A stretch of 64,000 bases of DNA, taken from assembly GCA_963785725.1 (NCBI GenBank), contig CAWAWS010000004.1, positions 64,001 through 128,000 of the forward strand. Direction: 5' to 3'. The DNA comes from an uncultured delta proteobacterium. GTDB taxonomy: Bacteria; Myxococcota_A; Polyangia; Palsa-1104. The notes below the pieces were generated by a model. The model did not search any database, had not been told where the DNA came from, and was given only the letters and a program-made list of their open reading frames with translations. A program made the translations under genes and the position numbers. Shown here piece by piece: positions 44,097-56,440 of this stretch (positions within the stretch are counted from its first letter, which is position 1; every line of letters begins with the position of its first letter).

Positions 44097-44711
44097 ATGC
44101 GATTGCCGCTTGCGTGGATGGCGCTGGTCGCGATGGGCTGCACGGCCGCCAATCCGCACTTCGTCGCCAGCGACGGCAGCGTCGTCGGAGGGCCCGACGC
44201 GTCGGCCGATTTGGCGCCGACCGGCTGCAGCGGCGACGAGCGCAGCTGCCTGGGGCTCACGGCCTCGGCGTTCTGTGAAAACGGGGCCTTCACCCCCGAT
44301 CGCACCTGCCCGTCGGCGTCGAGCTGCGCGCGAACCTACTGCGCGCCGCCCGCGCAGCAGCTACCGACGCAAGTGGGTCAACGGTGTGACGCCAACGGCG
44401 GCGCGCAGCAGCTGCAATGCAGCGCCAGCCCGACGGCGATGCTCGTCTGTCAGCCGTTCGTCGACCCCGACCAACACAAGCTGGCGTTCTACTGCGACGC
44501 GCCCGTCGGCGCGGGCGGCGCCGGCGTCGCCTGCACGCTCGGCAGCGCCTGCAAGACCGGCTTCTGCGGCGCCAACGGCACCTGCTTCAGCGCCTGCCAG
44601 ACCGACTTCGATTGCCCGCCGACCGCGACGGTCCTCACCTTCCACTGCCAGACCGTCGATCTGACCGTCGAAGGTGTCCGCCAATCGCAAAAGAGCTGCG
44701 TCCCGAACTAG
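44097..44711 (+). CDS. Cys-rich lipoprotein
   Basis: AMGC lipobox; many regularly spaced Cys. Confidence 0.8.
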   Translation: MRLPLAWMALVAMGCTAANPHFVASDGSVVGGPDASADLAPTGCSGDERSCLGLTASAFCENGAFTPDRTCPSASSCARTYCAPPAQQLPTQVGQRCDANGGAQQLQCSASPTAMLVCQPFVDPDQHKLAFYCDAPVGAGGAGVACTLGSACKTGFCGANGTCFSACQTDFDCPPTATVLTFHCQTVDLTVEGVRQSQKSCVPN

Positions 44712-44802
44712 CACCTCGCCACGGTGATTGCGACCGGTCCACGCCGGCCGTACTTCGGGGCCCGTTGCCGTCTGAAACTTTGGACGGTGATTGTCGAAGC
44801 GT

Positions 44803-45654
44803 TTAGACGTTCGCTTCGTCGAGCACGCGCTCGAGATCCATCACGCTGAGCGGCTTCGCCAGCACCGTCACCGCGTGTGCTTCCAAGGCCGCGCGACAGG
44901 TGTCCGGGTCGACGTAGGCCGTCAGCAGCACCGTGCGAACGTCGGGATGACGGCGCGCCAGCTCGTCGCTGAGCTCGACGCCGCTCATGCCCGGCATGCG
45001 CTGATCCGAGATGAGCAGCTCCACGTGCGCGCCGTCGTCGAGCAGCGCCATGGCCACACCGGCGTCGGGCGCGATCTCGACGGTGAAGCCGAGCTCGCGC
45101 AGCACCTCGGCCAACATCGCGCGCTCGTCGCTGTCGTCCTCGACGATCATGACCCGACGCGCGCCGCTACGATCGCGCGGCGGCGTCGCCGGCAGCCCCA
45201 GCCGTGAGGCGATGACGTCGATCGGCTCGTCCACCGGCACGCCGGCTTCGACGTGCAGCACCCGATCGGCGGTCAGCTCGTCGACGATCGGCTGGCGCAC
45301 ACGCGCGTCGTGGATGTAGCGGCGGAACTCGTCGCGCGCCAAGAGCTTGGGCCGCTTGGCGTAGCGATGGAAGATTTCGCGCTCCGCCTGCTGCTTGCCG
45401 CAGCGCCATTCGACGAGCAGCCGGTCGCGCGCCGGACCGCCCAGCGCCAACATCTGCGCGCGCTCGACGCGGGTCGCCAAGTCGCCGTCGATGAGCACGC
45501 AGGCGCCATCGGCCAGCGCGCGTTCGACTTCCATGACCGGCACACTCCCGGGTTCGTCGGCGATGAAGCGACAGTTCGCCAGCCGCTCGTGCAGCGCGCG
45601 CGCGAGCGACCAACGTCCGGGGAGCGGCGGACCGGCCAAGACAACGAGTGGCAT
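44803..45654 (-). CDS. Degenerate P-loop kinase-like domain fused to a receiver domain
   Basis: LVVLAGPPLPGRWSLARAL, LIDG; VMIVEDD, SDQRMP, LAKP. Confidence 0.75.
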   Translation of the reverse strand: MPLVVLAGPPLPGRWSLARALHERLANCRFIADEPGSVPVMEVERALADGACVLIDGDLATRVERAQMLALGGPARDRLLVEWRCGKQQAEREIFHRYAKRPKLLARDEFRRYIHDARVRQPIVDELTADRVLHVEAGVPVDEPIDVIASRLGLPATPPRDRSGARRVMIVEDDSDERAMLAEVLRELGFTVEIAPDAGVAMALLDDGAHVELLISDQRMPGMSGVELSDELARRHPDVRTVLLTAYVDPDTCRAALEAHAVTVLAKPLSVMDLERVLDEANV

Positions 45655-45973
45655 CCGCGGCAAAGGTAGGTCGCCAGCTGGAGAGTCAACGACGCTTGAC
45701 TCCGTTGCGCGGTCAGCCGGCCACCGGCGGCTCGCCCTTGGTTGCGCCGTCGGGCGTCCCGAGGGCCGGCGAGCTCGCCGCTGATGGCGCCGCCACGGGG
45801 GCGAAGGTCGGGAAGCTCGCCACGCTGTGCGTTATGCACGCGTTTCGCGTCTGGCTGCGTCGTGCCGCGAGTGTGAACCGCGCGTGGCGCTGGGTGGGAC
45901 TGTCCGTTCACAGCGGGTGCTCCAGGCTTCGCCCGCTTTACCGGCGCAGGCGGACTTCACCAACGATTTTTAC

Positions 45974-45989
45974 TGGAACGCGCTTCGCA
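45974..45989 (+). promoter_or_regulatory. Sigma54 -24/-12 motif TGGAACGCGCTTCGCA
   Basis: GG-N10-GC upstream of 46024. Confidence 0.6.
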
Positions 45990-46023
45990 TCGTCCGATGG
46001 AAGAAGTAAGGAGGCAGTTGTCC

Positions 46024-46266
46024 ATGCGCGCTGTCTTTGGGTGCGTGGTTGGGTTGTGGATGGTGGCGGCGACCGGCTCGGCTCACGGGCAGACCGGTTC
46101 GCGCAGGCTGGCCGCGGAAGCGACGTGCGAGGAGCAGTGTCGTCTCGATCGGCAGCGCGACGACGCCACCTGCGAAGATCGTCCGTTGCTCGAGTCGACG
46201 CGTGAGCAATGCCACGAGTCGGTGGAAGCGCGCCTCAGCGTCTGCTTGCGCATCTGCGACGACTGA
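46024..46266 (+). CDS. Small secreted six-Cys protein
   Basis: AAGGAGG RBS, signal peptide, CEEQC..C..C..CLRIC. Confidence 0.65.
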   Translation: MRAVFGCVVGLWMVAATGSAHGQTGSRRLAAEATCEEQCRLDRQRDDATCEDRPLLESTREQCHESVEARLSVCLRICDD

Positions 46267-46328
46267 GCCACGCTCGTAGGCCGGTGCAGCGCGCGCGGAG
46301 AGCAGCGAAACGTCGAGCTGCGAAGGTC

Positions 46329-46973
46329 TTGCGAGCGCTGACGGCGCTCTTGCTGTCGCTCTGTCTCGTCGCGCGGCCCACTTCGGCCACTTCCGCGCAC
46401 GCCGACGAATCGGTCGAGCATCCCGAAGCCGACTTCCGCCACTTCTCCGATTACGCCTGGTTCGCGCTCGGCGCCGCGTCCGCCTTCGCCGGCCACGAAA
46501 TGGGCCACATGATGATGGACGCCTTCCAAGGCAAGAGCGTGAGCTTCGTTCGCGTCAATCTCGGACCGATTCCGTTCTTCGCCATTCAGCCCTGCTGCAA
46601 CTTGACGCACGCGCAGGAGTATCAGATCGCGTCGGCCGGCTTCGTCGTCGGGGACGTCTCGTCGGAGCTGATCCTGCAGATCGCGCCGCGGATTCGCTCG
46701 CGCCGCCACGCGTTCCTCAAAGGCGCGCTCATGTTCGACATTCTGCTCGCCGTCGGCTACGCCATCACGGCGTTCGCCGGCATCGGCCCGCCGCAGTCGG
46801 ACACGAACACGATGGCCCGCGGCGCGCAGGTGCCGACCTGGGAGATCGGCGCGCTGCTCATGGTGCCGGCGTCGGTGGACATGTACCGCTACTTCGTGCC
46901 GCGCTCGATCTGGGCGCCGTGGACGAGCATCTCGGCCAAGGCGCTGACGCTCGGCATCGGCTTTACATTCTGA
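46329..46973 (+). CDS. Hypothetical membrane protein with HExGH motif (start uncertain)
   Basis: HEMGH, IASAGF, hydrophobic segments. Confidence 0.6.
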   Translation: MRALTALLLSLCLVARPTSATSAHADESVEHPEADFRHFSDYAWFALGAASAFAGHEMGHMMMDAFQGKSVSFVRVNLGPIPFFAIQPCCNLTHAQEYQIASAGFVVGDVSSELILQIAPRIRSRRHAFLKGALMFDILLAVGYAITAFAGIGPPQSDTNTMARGAQVPTWEIGALLMVPASVDMYRYFVPRSIWAPWTSISAKALTLGIGFTF

Positions 46974-47075
46974 CCCACCGCTGCCGGAAGATCGTCACGA
47001 CGCGCGATCGCGATCGACGCCGACTTGTGCAGTGACGCTTCGACCTAAGATGAAATCGGGATCAGAAAATTGTAA

Positions 47076-47117
47076 CGCCTCTCGGTTGCCCGAAGACGCA
47101 AGGCGACGCGAGAGGCG
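47076..47117. terminator. Hairpin between convergent genes
   Basis: CGCCTCTCG..CGAGAGGCG. Confidence 0.45.
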
Positions 47118-47131
47118 CGGGTGGTGCGGAG

Positions 47132-47443
47132 TTACGAGTGTTGCGGCGCGCCGGCGGCGGCAGCGCCGGCCGTGTTGACGCGGTCCTTCAGCTCTTTGCC
47201 CGGCTTGAAGCCCGGGTTCTTGCGCGCCGGGATCGAGATGGGCTCGCCCGTCTGCGGGTTACGGCCGGTGCGGGCCGCGGCTTCGCGAACGCTGAAGGTG
47301 CCGAAGCCACGCAGGTCGATCTTCTCGCCGCGGGTGAGCGCCTCAGCCATCAGCTCGAACACGTCCTCTACCAGCGTCTGAACCTGGGCCTTCGCTGCCC
47401 CAGACTTGGCCGCGATGGCATCGACGAGATCGGCCTTCTTCAT
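47132..47443 (-). CDS. HU/IHF family DNA-binding protein
   Basis: MKKADLVDAIA, GFGTF, GRNPQTG, FKPGKELK. Confidence 0.95.
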   Translation of the reverse strand: MKKADLVDAIAAKSGAAKAQVQTLVEDVFELMAEALTRGEKIDLRGFGTFSVREAAARTGRNPQTGEPISIPARKNPGFKPGKELKDRVNTAGAAAAGAPQHS

Positions 47444-47623
47444 TTTGAATCCCTCCCAGGGATGATTGAGCGTCGAAATCTTTGGAACGCGCATCCTAAG
47501 TCCCATGCCGCAGGAGGTCAACTGTCCAATTTCAACCACCGACCGACACGCTTTCACCATGTCGGTCCTTTACACAGGCTTTACAAGGGCTCAATAAGAC
47601 CTAGAAAAACGTGACAAATACTC

Positions 47624-47639
47624 TGGCCTCTGGCTTGCT
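47624..47639 (+). promoter_or_regulatory. Sigma54 -24/-12 motif TGGCCTCTGGCTTGCT
   Basis: TGGC..TTGC upstream of 47667. Confidence 0.65.
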
Positions 47640-47666
47640 GATGGCCATCGGAAAAGGAGCCTGAGG

Positions 47667-48521
47667 ATGCTTTCGACGTATGTGCCGCTGTATCCCTTAA
47701 TCGCACTGGCGGCCTACTTCTTCGTTGCCCTCGGGCTGTTCTCGCTGCGTGCGCGTTGGGTCGGCATCGCGGTGGACGCCGAAGTGGCGAGCCGGCCGGC
47801 CTCGAAGTTGTTGGGTCGTTTTCTCCGTCACTACCTTATGTGGGTCTTGGCACCGTACGAGCGGGCGCTCGTTCGTTGGCGCGTGTCGCCCAACGGCCTG
47901 ACCTTCGCGTCCTTCATTACCGCCTGCCTTTCGGGCTTCTTCTTCGCGATCGGCAACTTCGGCGCCGGCGGCTGGATTTACCTCCTGACCGGCATCCTCG
48001 ACATTCTCGACGGACGAATTGCCCGCGCGACCGGCAAGGTGACCAAAGGCGGCGCGTTCTTTGACAGCGTCATGGACCGCTACGCCGAGCTGGTCGTCTT
48101 CAGCGGCCTCGCCATCTTCTATCGCGACAACTGGGGCTTGTACGTCGTGCTCTTGGCGTCGCTCGGCTCGATCATGGTCAGCTACACGCGCGCTCGCGGC
48201 GAGGCGCTCGGCGTCGAAGTCAACATCGGCACCATGCAGCGTCCCGAGCGACTGTTCTATCTCGGCGTAATCAGTGGCATGTCGCCGATCGTCGAGACCT
48301 TGTTCGGCCATGGTCGCTTGCCGCCGTTCGTGCCGGTCGTCGTCGCCTTGGCGCTGCTCGGCCTGTCGGCGAACGTGACGGCGGTGCGGCGCATCTCGCA
48401 CACGCTGGCGAAGCTCGATGGTCGCGCCCGCGCGGCCGCCGCCGAGCCGACCGAAATGCCCGAGACGCCGATCGTTCCGCTCATCCGCAGCAGCACCCGC
48501 TCGCAGCGCGCGGTCAAGTAA
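47667..48521 (+). CDS. CDP-alcohol phosphatidyltransferase
   Basis: DILDGRIAR...GAFFDSVMD, VSYTRARGE. Confidence 0.92.
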   Translation: MLSTYVPLYPLIALAAYFFVALGLFSLRARWVGIAVDAEVASRPASKLLGRFLRHYLMWVLAPYERALVRWRVSPNGLTFASFITACLSGFFFAIGNFGAGGWIYLLTGILDILDGRIARATGKVTKGGAFFDSVMDRYAELVVFSGLAIFYRDNWGLYVVLLASLGSIMVSYTRARGEALGVEVNIGTMQRPERLFYLGVISGMSPIVETLFGHGRLPPFVPVVVALALLGLSANVTAVRRISHTLAKLDGRARAAAAEPTEMPETPIVPLIRSSTRSQRAVK

Positions 48522-48530
48522 CCTCGCGTC

Positions 48531-49334
48531 ATGTCATTACTGGTCGCTGCGCTCCTCGGTATCGTCGAGGGGCTCACCGAATATCTGCCGGTTTCGTCGA
48601 CCGGGCATCTCATCTTGGCCGGTCATCTGCTCGGCGTGCCCGAAGGTGGGGCGACGAGCGCCTTCGAGATCGTCATTCAGCTGGGCGCGATCTTGGCCGT
48701 CCTCGTTCACTATCGAAAGCTGCTGTGGCAGCGCGCGACCGAGCTGACGATCGGTAAGCCGGAAGCGACGCGGCTGTTCGGCGCGATCTTGGCCGGCTTC
48801 ATCCCGACGGCGATCGCGGGCCTCCTGTTGCGCAAGGCGATCAAGGCGCACCTGTTCGGGCCGCATCCGGTGGCGATCGCGCTCATCGTCGGCGGCGTCG
48901 TCATGATCGCGGTCGAGCTGTTGCGTAAACGGCGCGCGGACGACGGCGAGAGCAAGCTCACGGAAGTCACGCCGCTCAAGGGTTTTCTCGTCGGGATCGG
49001 GCAGTGCGCGTCGCTGATTCCGGGCACGTCGCGCTCGATGTCGACGATCGTGACCGGCCAGCTCATCGGCCTGTCGACGGCGACGGCGGCCGAGTTCTCG
49101 TTCCTGTTGGCGCTGCCGACGTTGGGCGCGGCGACGCTGTACGAAGGCTTCAAGTCGCGCCACGAGCTGCACGCGCTCGGCCTTCCGCAGCTCGCGATCG
49201 GCATGATCGTGTCGTTCTTCGTGGCCTGGGCCGTGATCGCGGTGTTCTTGGCCTACTTGAAGCGGCGCGGGCTCTTGCCGTTCGGCGTCTATCGGCTCAT
49301 CGCCGGGGCGCTATTTTTGCAGCTCGTGCGCTGA
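48531..49334 (+). CDS. uppP: Undecaprenyl-diphosphatase (BacA/UppP)
   Basis: EGLTEYLPVSSTGHL, PGTSRS, AEFSFLL. Confidence 0.95.
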   Translation: MSLLVAALLGIVEGLTEYLPVSSTGHLILAGHLLGVPEGGATSAFEIVIQLGAILAVLVHYRKLLWQRATELTIGKPEATRLFGAILAGFIPTAIAGLLLRKAIKAHLFGPHPVAIALIVGGVVMIAVELLRKRRADDGESKLTEVTPLKGFLVGIGQCASLIPGTSRSMSTIVTGQLIGLSTATAAEFSFLLALPTLGAATLYEGFKSRHELHALGLPQLAIGMIVSFFVAWAVIAVFLAYLKRRGLLPFGVYRLIAGALFLQLVR

Positions 49335-51360
49335 TCGCGTCTGCGAGCGCATCCAGCAACACCTGACGACGTAACGGTTTTTCGACGACAGCATCGGCAC
49401 CGGCGCTCATCACCCGGGCGCGCGTGGCTTCGGCGCGCGAGCTGACGACGACGATCGGCAGGCCGCCCAAGCCGCGCTCGCGACGCACGCGGGCGATGAG
49501 CTCCCAGCCGTCGAGGCGCGGCATCTCCAAGTCGGTCACGAGTGCGTCGAAGGGGCGATCTTGCAGCAGCTCCCACGCGTCCCAGCCGTCGCTGACGACG
49601 TCGGTGGCGAAGCCGCCTTGCGCCAAGATCAGCGATGCCGCCTCGCGGATCGAGCGCGAATCGTCGACGACGAGGACGCGGCGCGGGCCGAGCGCGTGCG
49701 CCGGACGATCGCCGCGCACGCCGCGCAGCGCCGCTTGCGCCAGCTGCGCGACGTCGAGGATGAGCTGCACTTTGCCGGCACCCGAGATCGTCGCGCCGGC
49801 GTAGAGCGGCAGCCGCGTCAACAGGGGGCCGAGGCTGCGCACGACGATGTCGCGCGGGCCGATGACCTTGTCGCAGGTGACGGCGAAGGTCACGTCGCCG
49901 TGGGTCATCACCAGCGCCGACCGGCGCTCGCGCGCGCCCGGCGGCGGCGGCACCCCGAGCAGCGCGCCCAAACGCACGAGCGGCAACGCTCTATCGCGCA
50001 CGCGCAGCTTCTCTTGGTGACCCCAGTCGATGTCGGCGGGCGTGATGTCGAGCGTCTCTTCGACGCGCGCCGCCGGCACGGCGTAGACCTGGCCGCCGAC
50101 CTTGAACAAGAGCGCCTCTTGCACCGGCGCGTTCACCGGCAGCCGCACCGTGAAGGCCGCGCCTTGCCCCGGCCGCGACGTGACGCTGACGCTGCCGTGC
50201 AGCCGCGTCAAGGCCGCGCGCACGGCGTCGAGGCCGACGCCACGGCCGGCCAAGTCGTCGGCGGCGACGCGCGTCGAGATGCCGGGCTCGAACAGCGCGG
50301 CGAAGAGCGAGGCCTCATCGAGCGCGGCCGCCTCGTCGCTGCCGACGCGCGCGGCGGCCACGAGGGCGCGGCGCACGCCGATGAGGTCGATGCCCTGCCC
50401 GTCGTCGGAGACGATGATCTCGAGCGCGTCGTCGTAGCGGCGCGCGGTGAGCGCGACCATGCCGGCCGGGTGCTTGCCGAGCGCGCGCCGCACTTCGGGC
50501 GGCTCGATGCCGTGCGCGACCGCGTTGCGCAGGAGGTGTAACAGCGGCTCGGCCACGCGTTCGACGAGCGCTTTGTCGATCTCGACCTCTTCGCCGAGCG
50601 TCACCAGCGCGACCTCTTTGCCCTCCTTGCGAGCCAGCTCGCGCGCCGGCTGCTGCAGTCGCGCGAACAGCCGGCCGATCTCGACGACGCGCACGCGCCG
50701 AATGCGATCTTGCAGCGTCGCCGACGTGCGCCGCAGGCCTTCCAGATCGTCGTGCAGCGCGGCGCCGAGGCGCGTCAGCTCGGGATCGCCCAGCGTCTCC
50801 GCCCGTCGCTGCACGTCCTGCAAGCGGCGCGCGATGCGGGCGCGATCGAGCACCAGCTCGCTGGCGGCGTCGAGCAGCTCGTCGATGCGCTCGACCTCGA
50901 CGCGCACCGTCTCGGCTGCGCCCGGCACCGTGCGCTCGATGGCGCGCCGATCGCGGCGCGGCTCGGCTTCCGCCGGCGTCGCGACCTGCAGCGGGATGGG
51001 ATTGGGCCGCGAGTCGCCGCGGACGTCGATACGCGCGGCCTCGACGAGCGTGCGCAGGTGCGCCAGCGCGTCCTCCAGCTCCGCCAGCTGCTGCAGCTCA
51101 CCCAGCGACGGCGCCGCGCGCAAGGCGACGAGCCGATCTTCGATGGCGTGCGCGGCGCGGGCTACGTCAGGCAGCTCGACCGAGCCGGCCGAGCCCTTCA
51201 GCGTGTGCAAGAGGCGCAACAGCGACGTGACGACTTCGCCGTCGCTCGGCTGCGCACCCAGTCGCAACAGCTCGGCCGCGATCTCACCGAGATGCTCGTC
51301 CGCTTCGTCGAGGAAGAAGGCGCGCAGCTCACGCAGCTCGTCGGGATCCCACTCGCTCAC
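49297..51360 (-). CDS. cheA: CheA-like hybrid kinase (Hpt-HATPase-CheW-REC)
   Basis: HTLKGSA, HLLRNAVAHG, DDGQG, GRGVGLD, C-terminal receiver. Confidence 0.92.
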   Translation of the reverse strand: MSEWDPDELRELRAFFLDEADEHLGEIAAELLRLGAQPSDGEVVTSLLRLLHTLKGSAGSVELPDVARAAHAIEDRLVALRAAPSLGELQQLAELEDALAHLRTLVEAARIDVRGDSRPNPIPLQVATPAEAEPRRDRRAIERTVPGAAETVRVEVERIDELLDAASELVLDRARIARRLQDVQRRAETLGDPELTRLGAALHDDLEGLRRTSATLQDRIRRVRVVEIGRLFARLQQPARELARKEGKEVALVTLGEEVEIDKALVERVAEPLLHLLRNAVAHGIEPPEVRRALGKHPAGMVALTARRYDDALEIIVSDDGQGIDLIGVRRALVAAARVGSDEAAALDEASLFAALFEPGISTRVAADDLAGRGVGLDAVRAALTRLHGSVSVTSRPGQGAAFTVRLPVNAPVQEALLFKVGGQVYAVPAARVEETLDITPADIDWGHQEKLRVRDRALPLVRLGALLGVPPPPGARERRSALVMTHGDVTFAVTCDKVIGPRDIVVRSLGPLLTRLPLYAGATISGAGKVQLILDVAQLAQAALRGVRGDRPAHALGPRRVLVVDDSRSIREAASLILAQGGFATDVVSDGWDAWELLQDRPFDALVTDLEMPRLDGWELIARVRRERGLGGLPIVVVSSRAEATRARVMSAGADAVVEKPLRRQVLLDALADAISARAAKIAPRR

Positions 51361-51405
51361 TGCACCTTGATTCTACTCGCGCTAGGCGTTCGCCGCCGTG
51401 ACAAA

Positions 51406-51732
51406 TTAGCGGGCGCGAATGGAGTCGAAGAGCGCGCCCAAGTCGAGCTTCTCGGATTCGGTCTCGGAGGGCAGCAGCTCGACGATGCGCAGCGCTGCGC
51501 GCGCCGGGCCGTACTCGACGATGAGCAGCGTGTCGTCCGGCTGCACCGCCTGCGGCAATGTGCCGAGCACGAGCACGGGCACGATCTGGCCGCGCAGCTG
51601 CGTGACGCCGGCGACGACGGGCGGCGCCGTCGGCACGGGCGTGACCCAGCCGGCCGATGTGACCTCGCGCGCGTGCGCCGCCATCACGGCCACGCGCCGC
51701 TTGCCCACATCGACGACGACGACGTCGGTCAC
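51406..51732 (-). CDS. cheW: CheW-like protein
   Basis: VTPVPTAPPVVAGVTQLRGQIVPV. Confidence 0.8.
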   Translation of the reverse strand: MTDVVVVDVGKRRVAVMAAHAREVTSAGWVTPVPTAPPVVAGVTQLRGQIVPVLVLGTLPQAVQPDDTLLIVEYGPARAALRIVELLPSETESEKLDLGALFDSIRAR

Positions 51733-51734
51733 GA

Positions 51735-52979
51735 TTACACGGCGACGGGCGCGACGCGCCGGCGGATCACTTTGATGCTGAGCAGGCGAAACAGCATCTT
51801 GGAGACGTCGAAGCTGGCCATGCGCGACTGGCGCACGATCTCTTTGACGGTGTGCTTGCCGTTGACCAGCTCGAGGACGGCCAGCTCGTCGCGGGTCAAG
51901 CGCGCGCGGCCCACTTGCTGGACTGCCTCCTCGTTGCGCAAGAAGACGGCGTCGAAGTCGTCGATCTCGCGCTCGATGAGGTGCCACTCGTCGACGCGGC
52001 GGATGCCTTCCATCAACAGGCCGTCGACGTCGAGGTTGAGCGCCGCCTCGCCCGCCAGCGCCGGCAGCGAGTGGGTGGCGACGAACGTGAAGCGACCTTC
52101 GGGCCAGCGCAAGAGCTCGTAGAGCCGCTCTTGGGTCTGCTTGCGCAGCGCCTCTTTGAGCTCGCCGTCGTCGACGTAGTTCATCTTGAGCAGCTGCTCA
52201 CCGAGCGGCTTCCCCGTCGGCGCGCGGCCATCGAGGAAGAGGTCGAGATCTTGCCGCGACAGCGTCGACGCCTCGACCAAGTAGCGGCCGAGCAGGAACT
52301 CGTCGGGCAGGCCGCTCGCCAGCGCCAGCTCGATCTTGCCCGCTTTGAACACGATCTCGATGCGCGCCGAATCCGCTCGCGCCACCGTCAACAGTCCCCA
52401 TTGCCGCTGCGTCGACAGGAGGCCCAAGACCTCGGCCATGGGCACGACGCGCAGGTTGCCTTGCAGCGCCGGGCCGTCGTCGACGATGGGCGCGGGCACG
52501 CCGTTCTCCAGCGTCGGCAGCGGCGCCGGCAGCTCGGCCTCGCTGACGGCGGTGACGAGCGCCGTGTCGTCGGCGTCAACGGCGTTGGGCGTCGTCGGAT
52601 GCGCCGGATACTTCTCGATCGTGTGCTGCACGACGGCGGTGATGGCCTCGGGCGAGAACGGCTTCGTGATGTAGTCGACGATGCCCATCACCTTCACGAA
52701 GCGTTCGCCGACCTGATCGCCCTTGGCGCTCATCAAGACGACCGGGATGCTCTTGAGATCGGGCGACTCGGCCAGCGCGCGGCAGACCTGGTAGCCGTTC
52801 ATCTTCGGCATCACGAAGTCGAGCAGGATGAGGTCGGGACGCTCGGCGCGAGCCCGCGCGATGCCCTCCTCACCGTCGGGGGCCGTGTACACACTGAAGC
52901 CGGCCTTGGTCAGGACCAGCTGCACGACCTTGAGGATGGTCGGGCTATCATCGATGACCAGAACCGTCTCGCCGGCCAC
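51735..52979 (-). CDS. Response regulator REC + DUF4388
   Basis: VLVIDDS, DFVMP; LQGNLRVVPMAEVL, MEGIRRVDEW. Confidence 0.88.
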   Translation of the reverse strand: MAGETVLVIDDSPTILKVVQLVLTKAGFSVYTAPDGEEGIARARAERPDLILLDFVMPKMNGYQVCRALAESPDLKSIPVVLMSAKGDQVGERFVKVMGIVDYITKPFSPEAITAVVQHTIEKYPAHPTTPNAVDADDTALVTAVSEAELPAPLPTLENGVPAPIVDDGPALQGNLRVVPMAEVLGLLSTQRQWGLLTVARADSARIEIVFKAGKIELALASGLPDEFLLGRYLVEASTLSRQDLDLFLDGRAPTGKPLGEQLLKMNYVDDGELKEALRKQTQERLYELLRWPEGRFTFVATHSLPALAGEAALNLDVDGLLMEGIRRVDEWHLIEREIDDFDAVFLRNEEAVQQVGRARLTRDELAVLELVNGKHTVKEIVRQSRMASFDVSKMLFRLLSIKVIRRRVAPVAV

Positions 52980-53137
52980 GAACGGAAAGTAACAAAAACG
53001 CGGGAAGGTGGCTACGTATCATCCAAGTGACGCAGCAGAAAATTGCAGTAGGAGCGGCCGACCGAGGCTGACGCTGCAAACCGGAAGTTGCGCAAAGAGT
53101 GACGACTCCGACGGAGGGTGATACGCTTTTGCCCGTA

Positions 53138-55882
<2,745 letters not shown>

Positions 55883-55894
55883 TTTCGGTAGGAA

Positions 55895-56440
55895 TTATTG
55901 TGGTGGCAGCGTCAGGAAGGGCTGCCGGCCGCCATCGGCCGCGCCGTCGCCGTTGAGGCCGTAGAGCGACGTATCGCCGGCCATTCCGCCGGTCGCCGAG
56001 ATGTGCAGGACGAGCTGATCGTCGGCTGCCGCCGGCACGTCGATGCCGACCGCGGTCCCGTCGTAGAGCACGGCGTCCGTGATCGACGCCGCCGGATCGA
56101 AGTGGTGCGTAAAACTAGCCACCGTCGTGTCGGCGACACCGGTGCGTCGCCATAAAACCGCAAACGTCACGTCGCAGCTGTCGATGATGATGCCATCACC
56201 GACGATCTGCCACGTGCCGCCCTTGATCGGACCGGTCAACGTGTACGCTGCCTCGAGGGAGCCGCCGGCCCCCACTGCGGGCGCTCAATATGGGTTGGGC
56301 TCGACCGGCGACAGCTTGAGGTGCTGCTCGTCGCCGTTCGTCGCCACCCACAGCTTCGACGGCGTACCCGTCGTCGACGTCGGACCGCCGCAGCCGGCGA
56401 CCACCAGCGCACCCAGCGCAAGCAATTGAATCTTGTTCAT
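55895..56440 (-). CDS. Lipoprotein with in-frame TGA at codon 52 (candidate selenoprotein); otherwise two ORFs, 56285-56440 and 55895-56275
   Basis: AGGAG RBS, VAGC lipobox, ...EPNPY-TGA-APAVGAGG; frame stays open for 129 more codons. Confidence 0.55.
56257..56273 (-). promoter_or_regulatory. Candidate bacterial SECIS hairpin
   Basis: GGGGGCC-GGC-GGCUCCC begins after an 11-nt spacer 3' of the UGA; loop starts with G. Confidence 0.4.
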
